From Camelus ferus (Eukaryota): 64,000 bases of DNA. Position numbers and translations under genes: made by a program. Positions within the stretch are counted from its first letter, which is position 1. Each line of letters starts with the position of its first letter. The stretch covers positions 87,546,001 through 87,610,000 of the forward strand of contig NC_045697.1 in assembly GCF_009834535.1 (NCBI RefSeq), read 5' to 3'. The notes under the pieces were generated by a model. That model saw only the letters and a program-made list of their open reading frames with translations, had not been told where the DNA came from and searched no databases. Positions 37,388 through 49,480 of this stretch are shown here, piece by piece.

Positions 37388-37835
37388 ACCATGGAATACT
37401 GCTCAGCCATTAAAAAGAATAAAATAATGCCATTTGCAGCAACATGGATGGACCTGGAGATCATCATTCTAAATGAAGTAAGCCAGAAAGAGAAAAATAT
37501 CATATGACATTGCTTATATGTGGAATCTAAAAAGAAGGCCACAAATGATCTTACCTACAAAACAGAAACAGACTCGCAGACATAGAGAACAAACTTACGG
37601 TTTCCAGGGGGTAGAAAGGGTGGGAGGGGATAAATCGGGAGTTTGAAATTTGCACCTCTTGGGGAGTGATGGAAATGTTAGCTATTTTGATTTTGGTGGT
37701 GGTTTCATTGGTGTATACGTCTATCAAAATTCATCGAGTTGTACATCTGAAATATATGTAGTTTACTGTACAGGAATTGTACTACAATAAAAGTGGTAAA
37801 AAAAAAACCCAATATACTAACCTAACAAAAAAAAA
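36507..37835 (+). mobile_element. 5'-truncated lineage-specific L1 (ORF2 C-terminus and 3' UTR)
   Basis: ORF 36862-37218 has the L1 ORF2 CCHC region ([18 protein letters not shown]...[11 protein letters not shown]); A-tail; degenerate TSD gatagcttatggc (36491) / gatagctaatgac (37837). Confidence 0.95.
37321..37389. repeat. (TA)(TG)(CA)n microsatellite inside L1
   Basis: Seen directly. Confidence 0.95.
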
Positions 37836-37909
37836 CGATAGCTAATGACAATAACTGTATACACACCAACCACTTCTTTATTCACTCTGCTGCTTTCATC
37901 ACCTGAGCC

Positions 37910-37946
37910 GCCCGGCTAGCTCAGTCGGTAGAGCATGAGACTCTTA
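37910..37946 (+). pseudogene. 5'-half tRNA-Lys(CTT) tailless retropseudogene
   Basis: gcccggctagctcagtcggtagagcatgagactctta equals nt 1-37 of vertebrate tRNA-Lys-CTT as recalled; no 3' half; flanked by degenerate direct repeats. Confidence 0.9.
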
Positions 37947-38533
37947 CTTCTTTCATCATCTACTTTTCAGATATTTAGAAGGTAAAAAACAAATAGCAAC
38001 TGAATAAGCATCAGTGAATCAATAAATAAAGAGATGCTCTGTTTTATTTAGGACACGTTCACATTTGCTCTCTTGCTGGGACATGACGTGGGGTTGTAAT
38101 CTGATCTGCTCTAACCCTGTTCTCCTTAATTCTCCCTCAATTCTGTTAGAAATGAGGGTATCTGTAGGTTCTCACACATGCTCATTTGTTCATCAGAAGC
38201 TGCTATAATTTTGATGGTAATGCTCTACTGCTAATAATTCCAACAGGAACTTATTTTCTTTGTGCAGTAAGTAAATACTAATTTGGACTACTCTCTTGAA
38301 CCTCGTACTGTACCTCAGGGGTTACACCTATGGCAGATGACTTAAAAGAGAGAGATACCAGTTAGGGCCTTGCATATAGACAGGGGAAATATACAGTGTT
38401 CTCAAGAGCTCTGCATCTCACCTCTCATAACCCCCAATACTTCCCCATCCCTCCAGTGTGAACAGGACACCTCCATTAAGTGAAGCCTTAGAGTTCATGC
38501 TTTTCTACCTTCTATAAAATAGTAGGCATCCTA

Positions 38534-38871
38534 TGAAAAGTAATATACAGAAACCCCAATTACATAGAGTTGAGAGGCCAGAACAGGGAGCTCTCACGCC
38601 CCGCGACTATAGCAGAGCCCAATGGAAAGAAGACAGATTCCTCATCTTTCCTGGCAAGGACCCGGCCAATGAAAAGCCATGGACTCTGTTCTACTCTGGC
38701 CCTCCCCACTGCCTTTCCCCCTCTATAAAAGCACTCCCCTTCCCTTGCCATGCAAGGACTTGCACATGGCTCACCGTGGTTGCAGACCCTGAATTGCAAT
38801 TCTCTGCTGATCCCAAATAAACCCATCTTTGCTGGAGAAATACCTGGCAGTCTGTTTATTTCAGGTCAACA
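38534..38871 (+). mobile_element. Solo LTR (ERV1-like), about 340 bp
   Basis: tgaaaag...ggtcaaca ends; ccaat at about 38666, tataaaa at about 38724, aataaa 38816-38821, in U3-R-U5 order. Confidence 0.8.
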
Positions 38872-39249
38872 CTACTAAGCAGTAAGTGGAACCTGAGGTG
38901 TCTTAGTCTGCATTTTCTAACACTCCAAGATTTGGCTACGAAATGGAATGGCCAGACTAAACACAGCCCAGTCATCCCAAGAGGGCAAGAAAACCAAGTA
39001 CTAGCTGCTGGATTTGCCAGTCTTTTATTAATAAATTTTTTTTCATATATTACCACACTGCCTGTCGAGATAATTTTCCTGCTTTGAGCTTTTATAGTAT
39101 TAGGCTGCTTGTGGAATTTGTATGTTTAAAATAAAATGTAATCTCTATAGATATTAAAGCTACTTGCTGGCTGATAATTTCAATAATTTCTTTTGTATGC
39201 ATTGCATATTTTCCCTAGTATTTATTTTTAGTTTTTCTTAGAGTCTTGA

Positions 39250-39467
39250 AGGGCTGAATTTAAGGTAAAGTGAGTGAGGCACTCATCTCAGACACAGAAT
39301 TTAAGGGAGTTTCAAAAACCTCAATAATAAAGATAAATACTATTTTAATGTAATATTTTAAAAAATTAGTGCAAAAAAAAAACACTATAGAAATTTTAAA
39401 TAAAGGCAGGTTCTGATCCTGCATTTGAACAACTCTGCCTCACTTACCTCACCCTAATCCTGGCCCT
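39250..39467. mobile_element. MER96-like hAT MITE
   Basis: About 30-bp imperfect terminal inverted repeats agggctgaatttaaggtaaagtgagtgaggca / tgcctcacttacctcaccctaatcctggccct. Confidence 0.7.
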
Positions 39468-39936
39468 AATTCTAATAAAACTTTATTTAAAAAACAGGCA
39501 GGTGGCCTTTGGGGCATACTTTGTTCATTGAAAAATATCAAATCAAACTATTATTTATTTTCATTACTGCATTTTTTTGCCCCCCGCTCCTTACATTTTG
39601 CATCCTAGACTCTGTTTTTGAGCTAAAGTTGGAGTTGATTAAATCCCACTGTATCACTTTTACAGGTAAGGCTAATGAGAAAGCACGTAGAAATGACGTG
39701 ATGAGCCCCAAATAAAAGAGACAAGGATCACAAGGTTGAGATTTGTCATGGTTTTGTGTCCTCTATCTCCCTAGTTAAATCCTTTAAGAATAAGATTCTT
39801 GACTCCTGTTTCTTTTTTTTTTTTTTAATACGGTGCTGTGTGGAGAGTAATGTCCGTCAACCTTAGACTTGTCATTGTCCTGCTCTCTGAATTCTATCAG
39901 TTATTTGTGTGACCGTAAAGAAGATACTTACTTTTT

Positions 39937-40129
39937 AAACATTTTTATTTATTTATTTGTTGAAGTATAGTCAGTTTACAGTGTGTCAATTTCTGGTGTA
40001 CAGCATAACTTTCAGGCATCCATATACATACATATGTTCGTTTTCATATTCTTTTTCATTATAGGTTACTACAAGATACTGAATGTAGTTCCCTGTGCTG
40101 TACAGAAGACACTTGTTTATTTATTTTAT
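39937..40129 (-). mobile_element. Short L1 3' end with perfect 14-bp TSD, inserted in a MIR
   Basis: ttgaagtatagtcagtttaca...tagttccctgtgctgtacag; TSD gatacttacttttt at 39923-39936 and 40130-40143. Confidence 0.9.
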
Positions 40130-42091
40130 GATACTTACTTTTTCTTGTCTTAATCTGTGTCTACATGATACCCAACTCTGTGTCAATTCAGTGAAAAAGA
40201 AAATAATTGAAATGAAGAGAAAATAAAACAAACGTTCGCCTGAAACCAGAAACCATTTGCATTCCACTACCTGGACAAAACAGTTATTAAGTGTTTGAAT
40301 TTTCTTATGTTAATGGTTTGCTGGGCTCTGTAGACACAGGCAGAATTCGCTAATTTTCAAGAAAAAGCAATTTCCTCAGTAAGAGTTCATAGAATGAATC
40401 AAAAATGACTAAACACTCCCTGCAAAGAATATCATACTTTGGAACTGGAATTATTAGACCAGGTGGTGAGTGTTGTCTCATTTTTTCAAAAGGTGGGGAA
40501 AGGTAAGAATTTTCAGTCTAGGAGCAATCTTATAAAATAGCAATAGATACTGGCAGGGGTGTTGTGCTGCCGGTGGGTGGGGAAGGGAGGAGTTGGAGGG
40601 GAGGAGAGCACAGTCATCTTACATGGGTCTTCTTTTGAGTAAAACTAGGAGAGATTTGTGGGTTTCACATCAGTCAACTTTCATTATTCTTGTTCCTATC
40701 GTCTTCGATTCACATGGTTTCAGTTTCTTTCCCAACATCTTTGGTTCAAACTTTCTGATCATGAAACAGAGCAGTTGAAAAATGCTGACAAAAAGTTTTG
40801 GAAGCAATCACCGAATTTTGCATAAATTTACTAGCAGTTATTTTTAGTGTGAAAAATGGTGCTATTCCATAATAAATGTGGGTTAGGAGTGTTTATGTCG
40901 TATACACCACTTGTTTGTTAGCCACTTAGAGAAATAAGACCACAAGGTTATATAGGTTTGCAAAAAATGGAACTTATTAGAAATCTACAAGGTAGAGATT
41001 TTTTATATATTCTTAAGGTACAGAGGCATATTTTATTGTGTGGAAAATAGAATTTGCCTAAACTGTAGGAGTGGTTGCTGTTTTGCATGCCACTAACTTG
41101 TATGTGATACTAGATTTTTTAAAATAGTAACTTTAAAAAGTTTAGAACAATTTTTTGAAGCCCAGGCATGATTTTCATATTGACATGAAATAGAATGAAA
41201 CAGGAGTGTTATTGGGAGATGGCACTGACTTTTAAAAAGAAATAAAAAGTATATTTTCTTGTGGCATCATATTTATATGGACAGCACAGATTTAATCCTC
41301 TGACTTACTTGTCTGCCAATCCTATGGTAGATAATAAATTCATAATTCAGTTAATTGCATGCATTGTATATACCAACTCATTTAAAGAAAATGAGCTGTC
41401 ATCATCATCCAGGTGTGTTTATGGGGTGACTAAAAGTTCCAAGTGGCTTTACAATGTCAGTAAACAGACTTTCTACTTCCAGGAATCTTGAACTAAAGTT
41501 AAAAAAAAAAAAAGACAAAATCTGAAAAAGGATAAGCAGACAAAAAGTAATCTTGCAAGACACATACAAGACACAATAAAAACTCGAGAATCAGTTATTC
41601 ACATTTCATTAATAAATGCCTACTGGAGGGGAGAAAGGGAAGAAAAGGCAACGAGTATCCACAATTGCCAATGCTGTAATAAATACTTCAACAATATTCT
41701 CTCAATTATGGTCAAATGGAGGGCACAGGGCAGAGGCATCCAACAGAAACATGTCCATACAAGGGAGGATGCTGGCTTCCATTCAGGAGGGGGTGGTACC
41801 AGAAATAGGGATCCAAGTCAGTTGGATCAGAAGTGGAAGATTTTTTAAAAGGTATTTTTGGAAAGTTGGTTAAGCTGGGACTATATTATAGAGGACCCTT
41901 TAGGATAAGCTAAGGCATGTTCACTTTTTTATGTAGGTAAGTAAACTCTAAATGTTTTTGAGCAGAGTGACCAGGCAAAGAGCTGTGAATACAGAGCAAA
42001 TGGAGCGTGGGAAACAGTAGGGCCACTTGGCCAAATAGTGAGCTTTGAAGGCAGCATTCTCTTAAGGCTCTACAGAAGGAGGTTTTCCTAT

Positions 42092-42186
42092 GGGGAGCTG
42101 GGGCATAGCACAGTGGTAGGATGTGAGCTTGGCATTCATGAGGTCCTGTGTTCAATCCCCAGTACCTCCATTAAGCGGGAAAAATA
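42092..42186 (+). mobile_element. tRNA-Ala-derived camelid SINE (diverged)
   Basis: gggcatagcacagtggtagg...gaggtcctgtgttcaatccccagtacctccatt. Confidence 0.85.
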
Positions 42187-42939
42187 GGTGTTTCCCAGAA
42201 TAGTCCCAGACAGTAGCAATTTTATTGATTTAATCATCAGTAGAACCAGGAATATTTTCTCTGGTTTGCTGCCCATCTAAAAGCATCTCATTGTCTAAAA
42301 TCCATGTTGAATAAATAAGATGTTGCATGTTTCGAATATGCTGATGTTTAGTGACAGTTTGTGATGATGTTTGAGGAAAAGCAAACGAGGGTGTTCTGTT
42401 CCTCTTCTCTTCTTTGCGTTCAAAAGAATTTCCTGAGAGTAGGAGGATTTTAGGAGGTCCCTGAAGGGCGGCAGGGTGAACAACTTTGAAAGAGTGAAGT
42501 CATTTATTTGCTCCCTCACTTTCCAGTCCACATAAGCCCTTCTTAAGCCCTTGCAATCACATCGCCCTTCTGTTCCATTCAAATTGCTCTCTTGATGATC
42601 TCTAATAACCCTCTTTTCTCTCTCCTTATTCTTCTTAAAGCCCTCAAAGCATTTTGTACTGTCTTTCACCTCCTCCATCACTCCAGCCACGTTTCTCTGT
42701 TTGTCTTTCTGCATCATCTACACCATCTAACCTCCCGACCAGGCTCTCACACCAGCCCTCAGCCGTTCTCCTGTCATCAACATTCTTGAGAGATCAACAG
42801 TTCTAGAACTTTGAGAGACCTTCAATTTGCAAAGACTTCTAAAATATATGACTTTCTCCATAAGATATAATTTTTGGACTGAAGAGGCATTTGCTGAAAC
42901 AAGTTAATGACTCCCTCTTATTTCCATATAGTGTACAGG

Positions 42940-43192
42940 TCTTAGCTTCAGTGTCACCTGTTCAGGTAGGTCTTCTCTGATCATTGGGCAGTGGTGAGCT
43001 CCTTGGTGATATGGTCCTGAGGCACCTCATACTCCTCCTTTAGAAGAGGCATCTTATTTGAAATTGGCTATTTGTAATTCACTGAGGACATGAATTGTGT
43101 CTTAGGTATTCATAGCTGTACCCCTAAGACTTAGCCCAAGCAGGTACTAGGAACTCAAAGAATACATTTTTGTTGGTTAATTGATTGAATGA
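42940..43192 (+). mobile_element. L2 3' tail
   Basis: tgtcacctgttcaggtaggtcttctctgatc...tgaggacatgaattgtgtc...ttgattgaatga. Confidence 0.55.
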
Positions 43193-46100
43193 TTGTAGAT
43201 CTGTTCATTTCAAGTTCAACAATATGTACTTTAGCCTAATATTTCATCTAAGGAACATCATTTTTAAAGACACCCTTGCTTTTGCTTTATTTTCTCATTT
43301 ACACATCAAGTTGACTTTCTCTTTGCCATTTTTCTTTATGAAGAAACTTAGAAAAATATTACTCTATGAGCTTTACTTTGTGCAGAGAAATGTAGGACAA
43401 AAAGTTCTGCTGAGATACGCATGCTATGCTGGAGGCGAGGCTCACAGACCAGTTAATCCTCCAATCTTAGCAGAATTTCAGATCACCATGTATCTTGGGC
43501 TTTCAAGCTTATTCACAAATGGTCAAAACCACAAATTTTAAGTCTGTTCTTTTTCATAGTAAATGTGCCCTATTTACATTTTCCCCTTTGGGAGTCAGTG
43601 GCTGTCACCTTCATTTGTGCATCTCTGAACATCTCTGAACATTTGTGCATTGCCAAACGGAGCACCTAAGGGTTGTGGTGTAATGTTGACCTGCTAGAGG
43701 GAGGTGAGAGAACTGGGTTCTAGATCTGGTGCTGCCATTAACCCTCAAAATCAGTTTGAACTGTCACTTGGCTGCCCCAGGCTTTCCCGAGAAACCCTGA
43801 AGACGCCCCCAAACACCATTTCTCTAACCAACCTGCTGAAAGAAGTCTGAACTCTTTTTAGTATTTTGGCTTGATTTGTGGTTCTCTTGCTACCAATCCA
43901 ACATAGTAATAAAACAAAGTGTGGATGAAACTTTGGCTCTGACTGAACCGAGCAAAACCGAGATAATTCTCAGATTTGCAAAAGCTGGTGCTGCTGCCAG
44001 AAGCCTTCATAATTTGTTTCTCTTCAACTCGGGCCTTTGAGACATCGGCCTGGTTAGAGCAACATTAATTGAACACGAGTAAAGGAAAAATGAAACCCAA
44101 CAGCCCTCCTTCCAAGCCCACGAAAAGAACAGTGACTGGATTTCTCTGGAGGAGGAGAAGGTTGCTCGCAGGCATGCTCAGAAATTGGATGGAGCATAAG
44201 GGCAGCTCGGAGCTTAAGTGGTCATTGAGGAATTTTCTTTTAAAATGTGGCTTGAGCTTCATTAAGCATCCCTTATAGGAACAGAACTCCCAGGAGAGTC
44301 TGGAACACAGAGGCAGCCATAGTACCACCTTGGGCAGCAGGATAACTAATTTTTTTGGTGGAGTCCACGGAGCAGAGAGATTTATGCCGAAGGCAAGCTT
44401 CTTTCTTTCATGCTTGGAGGGAAAGTCAATATTCCGTATTCATGGTCTCTGACATAACGTTTTGCTCGGGTGGTCATTTATACTATTTGTTGCAAAATAT
44501 CATGGTGTTATTTTTATAAGGATCAACCAGAGCGGGGATGGGATTCTTAGGTGCCACCTGGTTTTCACACTTTTGGCGAAGTAAAATTTAATTGAGTTTT
44601 CAAAGGCAGGAAAATATTCTGTTGCTGGGAAATATAGCATAAAGGATTTCTGCAAGTTTCCTCTGGGCTTTTCTTGCAAGCTTTAAATGAGGATTTTCTG
44701 CCAATTTTCTGGCAGAAGCAGAGGAGACATAGCAGTTTTGCTGGTGGTTTTGATTATGGATTGTCTATATGGCATCAATAAAAATAACTAGACCTAGGTC
44801 TGATGGGCACTGAACTTGCTTAAAATGCTAATAAAAATTATAAGAGGAGGGAATAAATCTTAAATTTTGAATATTTTTCTCATAATACATATGGAAAGAT
44901 GATTTCTCAGTATTTTAGTGTTCGAAGCACAATAACTGGAGAAGAATATGTTCTCTTCAAAGTGCCAATAAAAATGCAAAATGTCATTTTCCAGTTCAAT
45001 TCGGCCTGAAATCAACCTGTTTTATGGTAATTATGGGCTCTGGCACCAAAACATAGCAGAGCTTTAGAAAGATTGAATGAGTGATTGAGTTCAACCTCCT
45101 TAAATATGAAACATATGAAATGATTTGTGTAGAGTGAAAGCCAGAGGGCATTGTCATCCTCCCTACCCCGAACCGTGCAGAAAGCTTCACTGATGCCCTG
45201 TGGTGGTCACATCACGAGGAGGGAGTGGGTGAGACACATATTTTCAGCGCAAGAGAAATAGTGAAGGAACAACCTCTTATGTGGTAGAAGGGAAGTTTCG
45301 TATAAGGGTGAGAAAGAGATGATGATTCCCAGGGTAGGTGAAAAGTGCCTTTTGTTGGCAAGATTTCGGCACATCACTACAAAAGGAAGATTGTATATAT
45401 TCCTCATAACCACTGTGGTGTAAGGCCTAAGGACCCAGCAATGCGTTGTCCTACGCCTCCTGGTCAAGTGTCAGGAAGGGGCTGCTTCAGCCAAGAGAAA
45501 CGTGGCAACACTTCCACTCTCCTCCCTTTTTCCAGGTAACCTGAGCGCCTTGTGATTGGTTTTAGTCCATAAAATGGGAGAAAAAAATATTTAAGTCTTA
45601 CAGTGTTTGGATGTTCCATATTGTAGACCCAAAAAGAATCGTGGCCGAATCTTCTGAAATTTTATTTTTTTCATCAAAATGATGATATAGATTTTGAAAG
45701 AGTCCATTTTTCTGTGAATTTTGTTATCCAAAACCATTGATCTCAGCTCTCCCCCATGTTTTCCCTTCTCAGAGGCCATTGTTTTCAGTAAAGTAAGCTG
45801 ATCTTTGGCATTTATTTCCACATCTTCGCGTGACACGTTTCTGTTGCTGCTTCTTAATATTTCAGGTTTTGGCCTTGTTTGCTTCTTCTGAGAATAGGGA
45901 GAGTTTAGCTCTCTCTCACAAACCCCTACCATGTGCACACACCCGCTTTGGGCCTATATTTTTTTTCAATATGAAATTTTGTTCAGGTGGGTATCGGGAG
46001 TTAATGTTCTTATGAATAAGTAAATGCTGTTTCTAACTGAGCCATGCAATTTTTTATGGCTATTCTCTCTTTCATGTATAACTTTGTATTTTCCCTGGCG

Positions 46101-46249
46101 TTAACGATTGTGTCCATTCTCTGACTGTCTATTTGATTTTCTGTGTCCTTATCAACTGCAAACTCCAGGCATTGTGCTAAGCTCTCTTTCTATATGGTGT
46201 AACACATGAAGTACACTGCAGAATTCCATCTTTTTGGAGAATCTGTCTG

Positions 46250-47140
46250 TGCCCGTGGCACTGCCCGGATGGGCTGTCACTCACCATCATACTGTGAATT
46301 CTCTGATTCTCTGTGATGTTAGACCTCTTGTTTCCTGGAAACCCTATCTTCCTCTTTCTTGATTTTCTCTCTTGGTTTGGTTAACCCGGTTTTTGGTACC
46401 TGTTTGTAAAATGCTGCATGAGAGGTACATGTTTTGAGACCTGGTATGTTTGAAAATATTTTTATTTCAGCTTCATACTTTACTGAGCGTTTAGCAGAGA
46501 ACTCTAGGTTGGAAAGAACTGTCTTTTGGAAATTTGATGCCATTCTTCCATTTTCTTCTTGCTTATCATGTTACAATAGAGAATTCGGAAGCTGTTATAA
46601 CTCCCGATTCTTTGTTTTTGACGTGTCTCGCTCCTTTGCCCATCAAATCTTTGTCCTCAGTGTGCTAAAATTTTGTGAGAATATGTCTTAATGTGTATCT
46701 GTTTTATACATTTTGCTGGGCACTCAGAGGAATATTTCAATCTGAAAAATCCTGTCCTTTACTTTTGGTGAATTTTCTTTGTTCTCTATTTCTTAGTTGG
46801 GTGGTGGTTCTCTTGGACGGCTCCTTTGATTTTCTTATCTGTCTTCATATTTTCTGTCTCAGAGTCTCCCTCCCTCTCTTCTGTTTATTTTTTTTAATTA
46901 ATTTTCTCTGTGATATTTCCTTAACTTTATATTCTAATATATCTATTGGGATTTTATTTCTACTATCAGACTTAAAATTTTCCCCTAAGGTCTTTTAGGT
47001 TCTGTGGCTGTACCTGTTTACACTGGTTTTGTTTTGTAGATACCACATCTTTTCTTACATTTCTGAGGATATTAATGGTTTGGAAGTTTCCTTTTACTGT
47101 TACTGTTTTTCCAAGCTGCTTTCCTCCCCTGTTTTTATCC
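46250..47140 (-). mobile_element. HAL1 / old L1 ORF1 remnant
   Basis: ORF 46319-46543 AKRSVKYEAEIKIFSN resembles ORF1p C-terminus PAKLSFKYEGEIKTFSD; gaactctaggttggaaa. Confidence 0.6.
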
Positions 47141-47147
47141 TCTACAG

Positions 47148-47220
47148 ATAACTGAGTCACTTTGCTCTACACCTGAAATACTATAAATCAACTATACTTC
47201 AACTAAAAAAAGAATAAAAA
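47148..47220 (+). mobile_element. Very short L1 3' terminus
   Basis: ataactgagtcactttgctctacacctgaaa...aaatcaactatacttcaa plus A-rich tail. Confidence 0.75.
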
Positions 47221-48484
47221 GATATGACGTCTTTACACACATACCCCGATCCCACTTGCCTCTCCTGCCTCCTTCGAGTGCTTTTTCTGTGCATTTACGT
47301 GCATGTCTAGTAGATACACACATGTATTATTTTAGGGAGGTTGTTTTTATATAAATAGTATCATACTGTATGTATTGCTTGGCAATTTGCTCTTTTTTAA
47401 TTAAAACGTATTCTGGAAATCTAAAAAAAAAACCCTCTCTATCTTAAACACTGATGCTTAATGTAAGGGGAAAAAAATCTGAGGATCTGTAGCTACGGCC
47501 CACCCTTCTGCAGACGTGCAGTCTGAATACACACCAGCTGGGTGAGAGGACAGCTGAGAAAATAACTGCCAAGCAAGAATTCTGTATCCAATGAAAACTG
47601 TCATTCAAAAATGAAGATAAAATAAAGACTTTTTTAGAGAAAACTGATGAATCTCTTTATAAGCAGTATAGAGTTCCTCAAACAGAAGTAGAACATTTAT
47701 AAAAACTAGCCACATGTTGGGCTATAGAACAAGTTTCAATAAATTTTTAAAGATGGATGTCATGCAGACAGCATTCTCTGACAACAAAGCAATTGTTAGA
47801 AATTGATAGCAAAAAGACAACTAGAAAAAGTCCATATTTTTAGAAATAAAGGAAAATAGTTCTAAATACTTCATGAGTCAAAAAATATTATGGATTTTAG
47901 AAAATACTAAGAACTGAACATTATAAAAAATTCCATATAAAATATTGTGACATTCAGCTCTAGGGCTACTTATTAAGATGTTTATAATCTTAAATGCTTT
48001 TATTATAAAAGAAAGGATAAAAATTAATGAATAACACTTCATCTCAAGAAGGTGGAAGAATAAAAGCCAAATATCCCCAAAGAAAATAGGAGAAAGGAAG
48101 TAACACAGAGAAAATATATATGGAACAGAAAATAAAATTCAATAGAGAATATTAATAAACTAAGTTAAATTTTCTATTCTTTTCAGAGACTAAATTGACA
48201 AATGTCTAGATAGTTTACTCAAGGCAAAAAAGAGAGAAGGCATAAATATCCATGAAAAAGTATAAAAGGGTTTACAGGTTTCTGATGCTGTGTATAACAA
48301 TAAATAAAAAAGAGCTATTCTCAAGCACTTTAGGCTAAAGAAATTAAAAAATTTAAAGGGGCCAAGTGCACTGAAAAACTGACTCAAGAAGGAACAGAAA
48401 ACTAGAATAATACCATAACCATTAAAGTCAACAAACCAATAGCTAAAAAATCTATCTACAAATAAATCTCAAGGACCAGACTTA

Positions 48485-48960
48485 CATAATTATTGACTAT
48501 GTTCCCCACACTCTGTGTTTCATACTAGTGATTCATTTATTCTGTAATTGGGAGTTTGTACCTCTTAATACCCGTCACCTATTTCTCTCAACCTCCTGCC
48601 CCACTCTTCTCCCCTCTGTCAGCTACTTGTTTGTTCTCTGTATCTATTACTCTGTTCTGTTTTGTTCTGTTTGTTCATTTGCTTTTTTTTTTTTTAAGAT
48701 TCCACATAGAAGTGAAATCATATGGTATTTGTCTTTCTCTGGTTTATTTCAGTTAGCATAATGTCTTTTTGGTCCATCTGGGTTGTCATAAATGGCAAGA
48801 TTTCATTCTTACTATGGCTAAGTAATATTCCACTTTTTTATCCAGTCATCTATTGATGGGCAGTTAGGTTGATTCCATATCTTGGCTATTGTAAATAATG
48901 CTGCAGTGAACATAGGGGCACATACATCTTTTAGACTTCATGTTTTTGTTTTCATCTGAT
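48485..48960 (-). mobile_element. L1 3' UTR/ORF2 end, antisense
   Basis: ttccacatagaagtgaaatcatatggtatttgtctttctctg...ttggctattgtaaataatgctgcagtgaacatagggg. Confidence 0.88.
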
Positions 48961-48964
48961 AGAT

Positions 48965-49480
48965 GCAGAAATTTGTTGTGTTTCTGTACACTAACAACAA
49001 ACTATCAGAAAGAGAAATTAAGTAAACAATCCTGCTTACAATCACATCAAAAAGAAGAAAATACCTAGAAATAAATCTAAAGAGGTATAAGACCTATACT
49101 CAGAAAATTATAAGACACTGATGAAAGAAATTGAAGAGGACACAAATAGAAAGATATACTGGATTCATGGATTGGAAGAATTAGTATTGTTAAAATGATC
49201 ATACTTCCCAAAGTAATCTACAGATTCAATGCAATCTCTATCAAAATATCAATAGCGTTTTTCACAGAACAAAGAATTCTAAAATTACTGTGCAAACACA
49301 GAAGACTCCAAATAGCCAAAACAATCTTGAAAAGAAAAACAAAGCTGGAGGTATCATACTCTCTGATTTCAAATTGTATTACAAAGCTATACTTATCTAA
49401 ACAATATGATACTGGCACAAAGATAGACACACGGATCAACGGAACAGACTAGAGAGTCCAGAAGTGAACCCACACTTATA
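48965..49480 (+). mobile_element. L1 ORF2 internal fragment, sense
   Basis: ORF 49195-49452 [18 protein letters not shown] matches L1 ORF2. Confidence 0.9.

Noticed and set aside
43621..43641. atctctgaac tandem duplication
   Set aside because: Trivial 10-bp slippage
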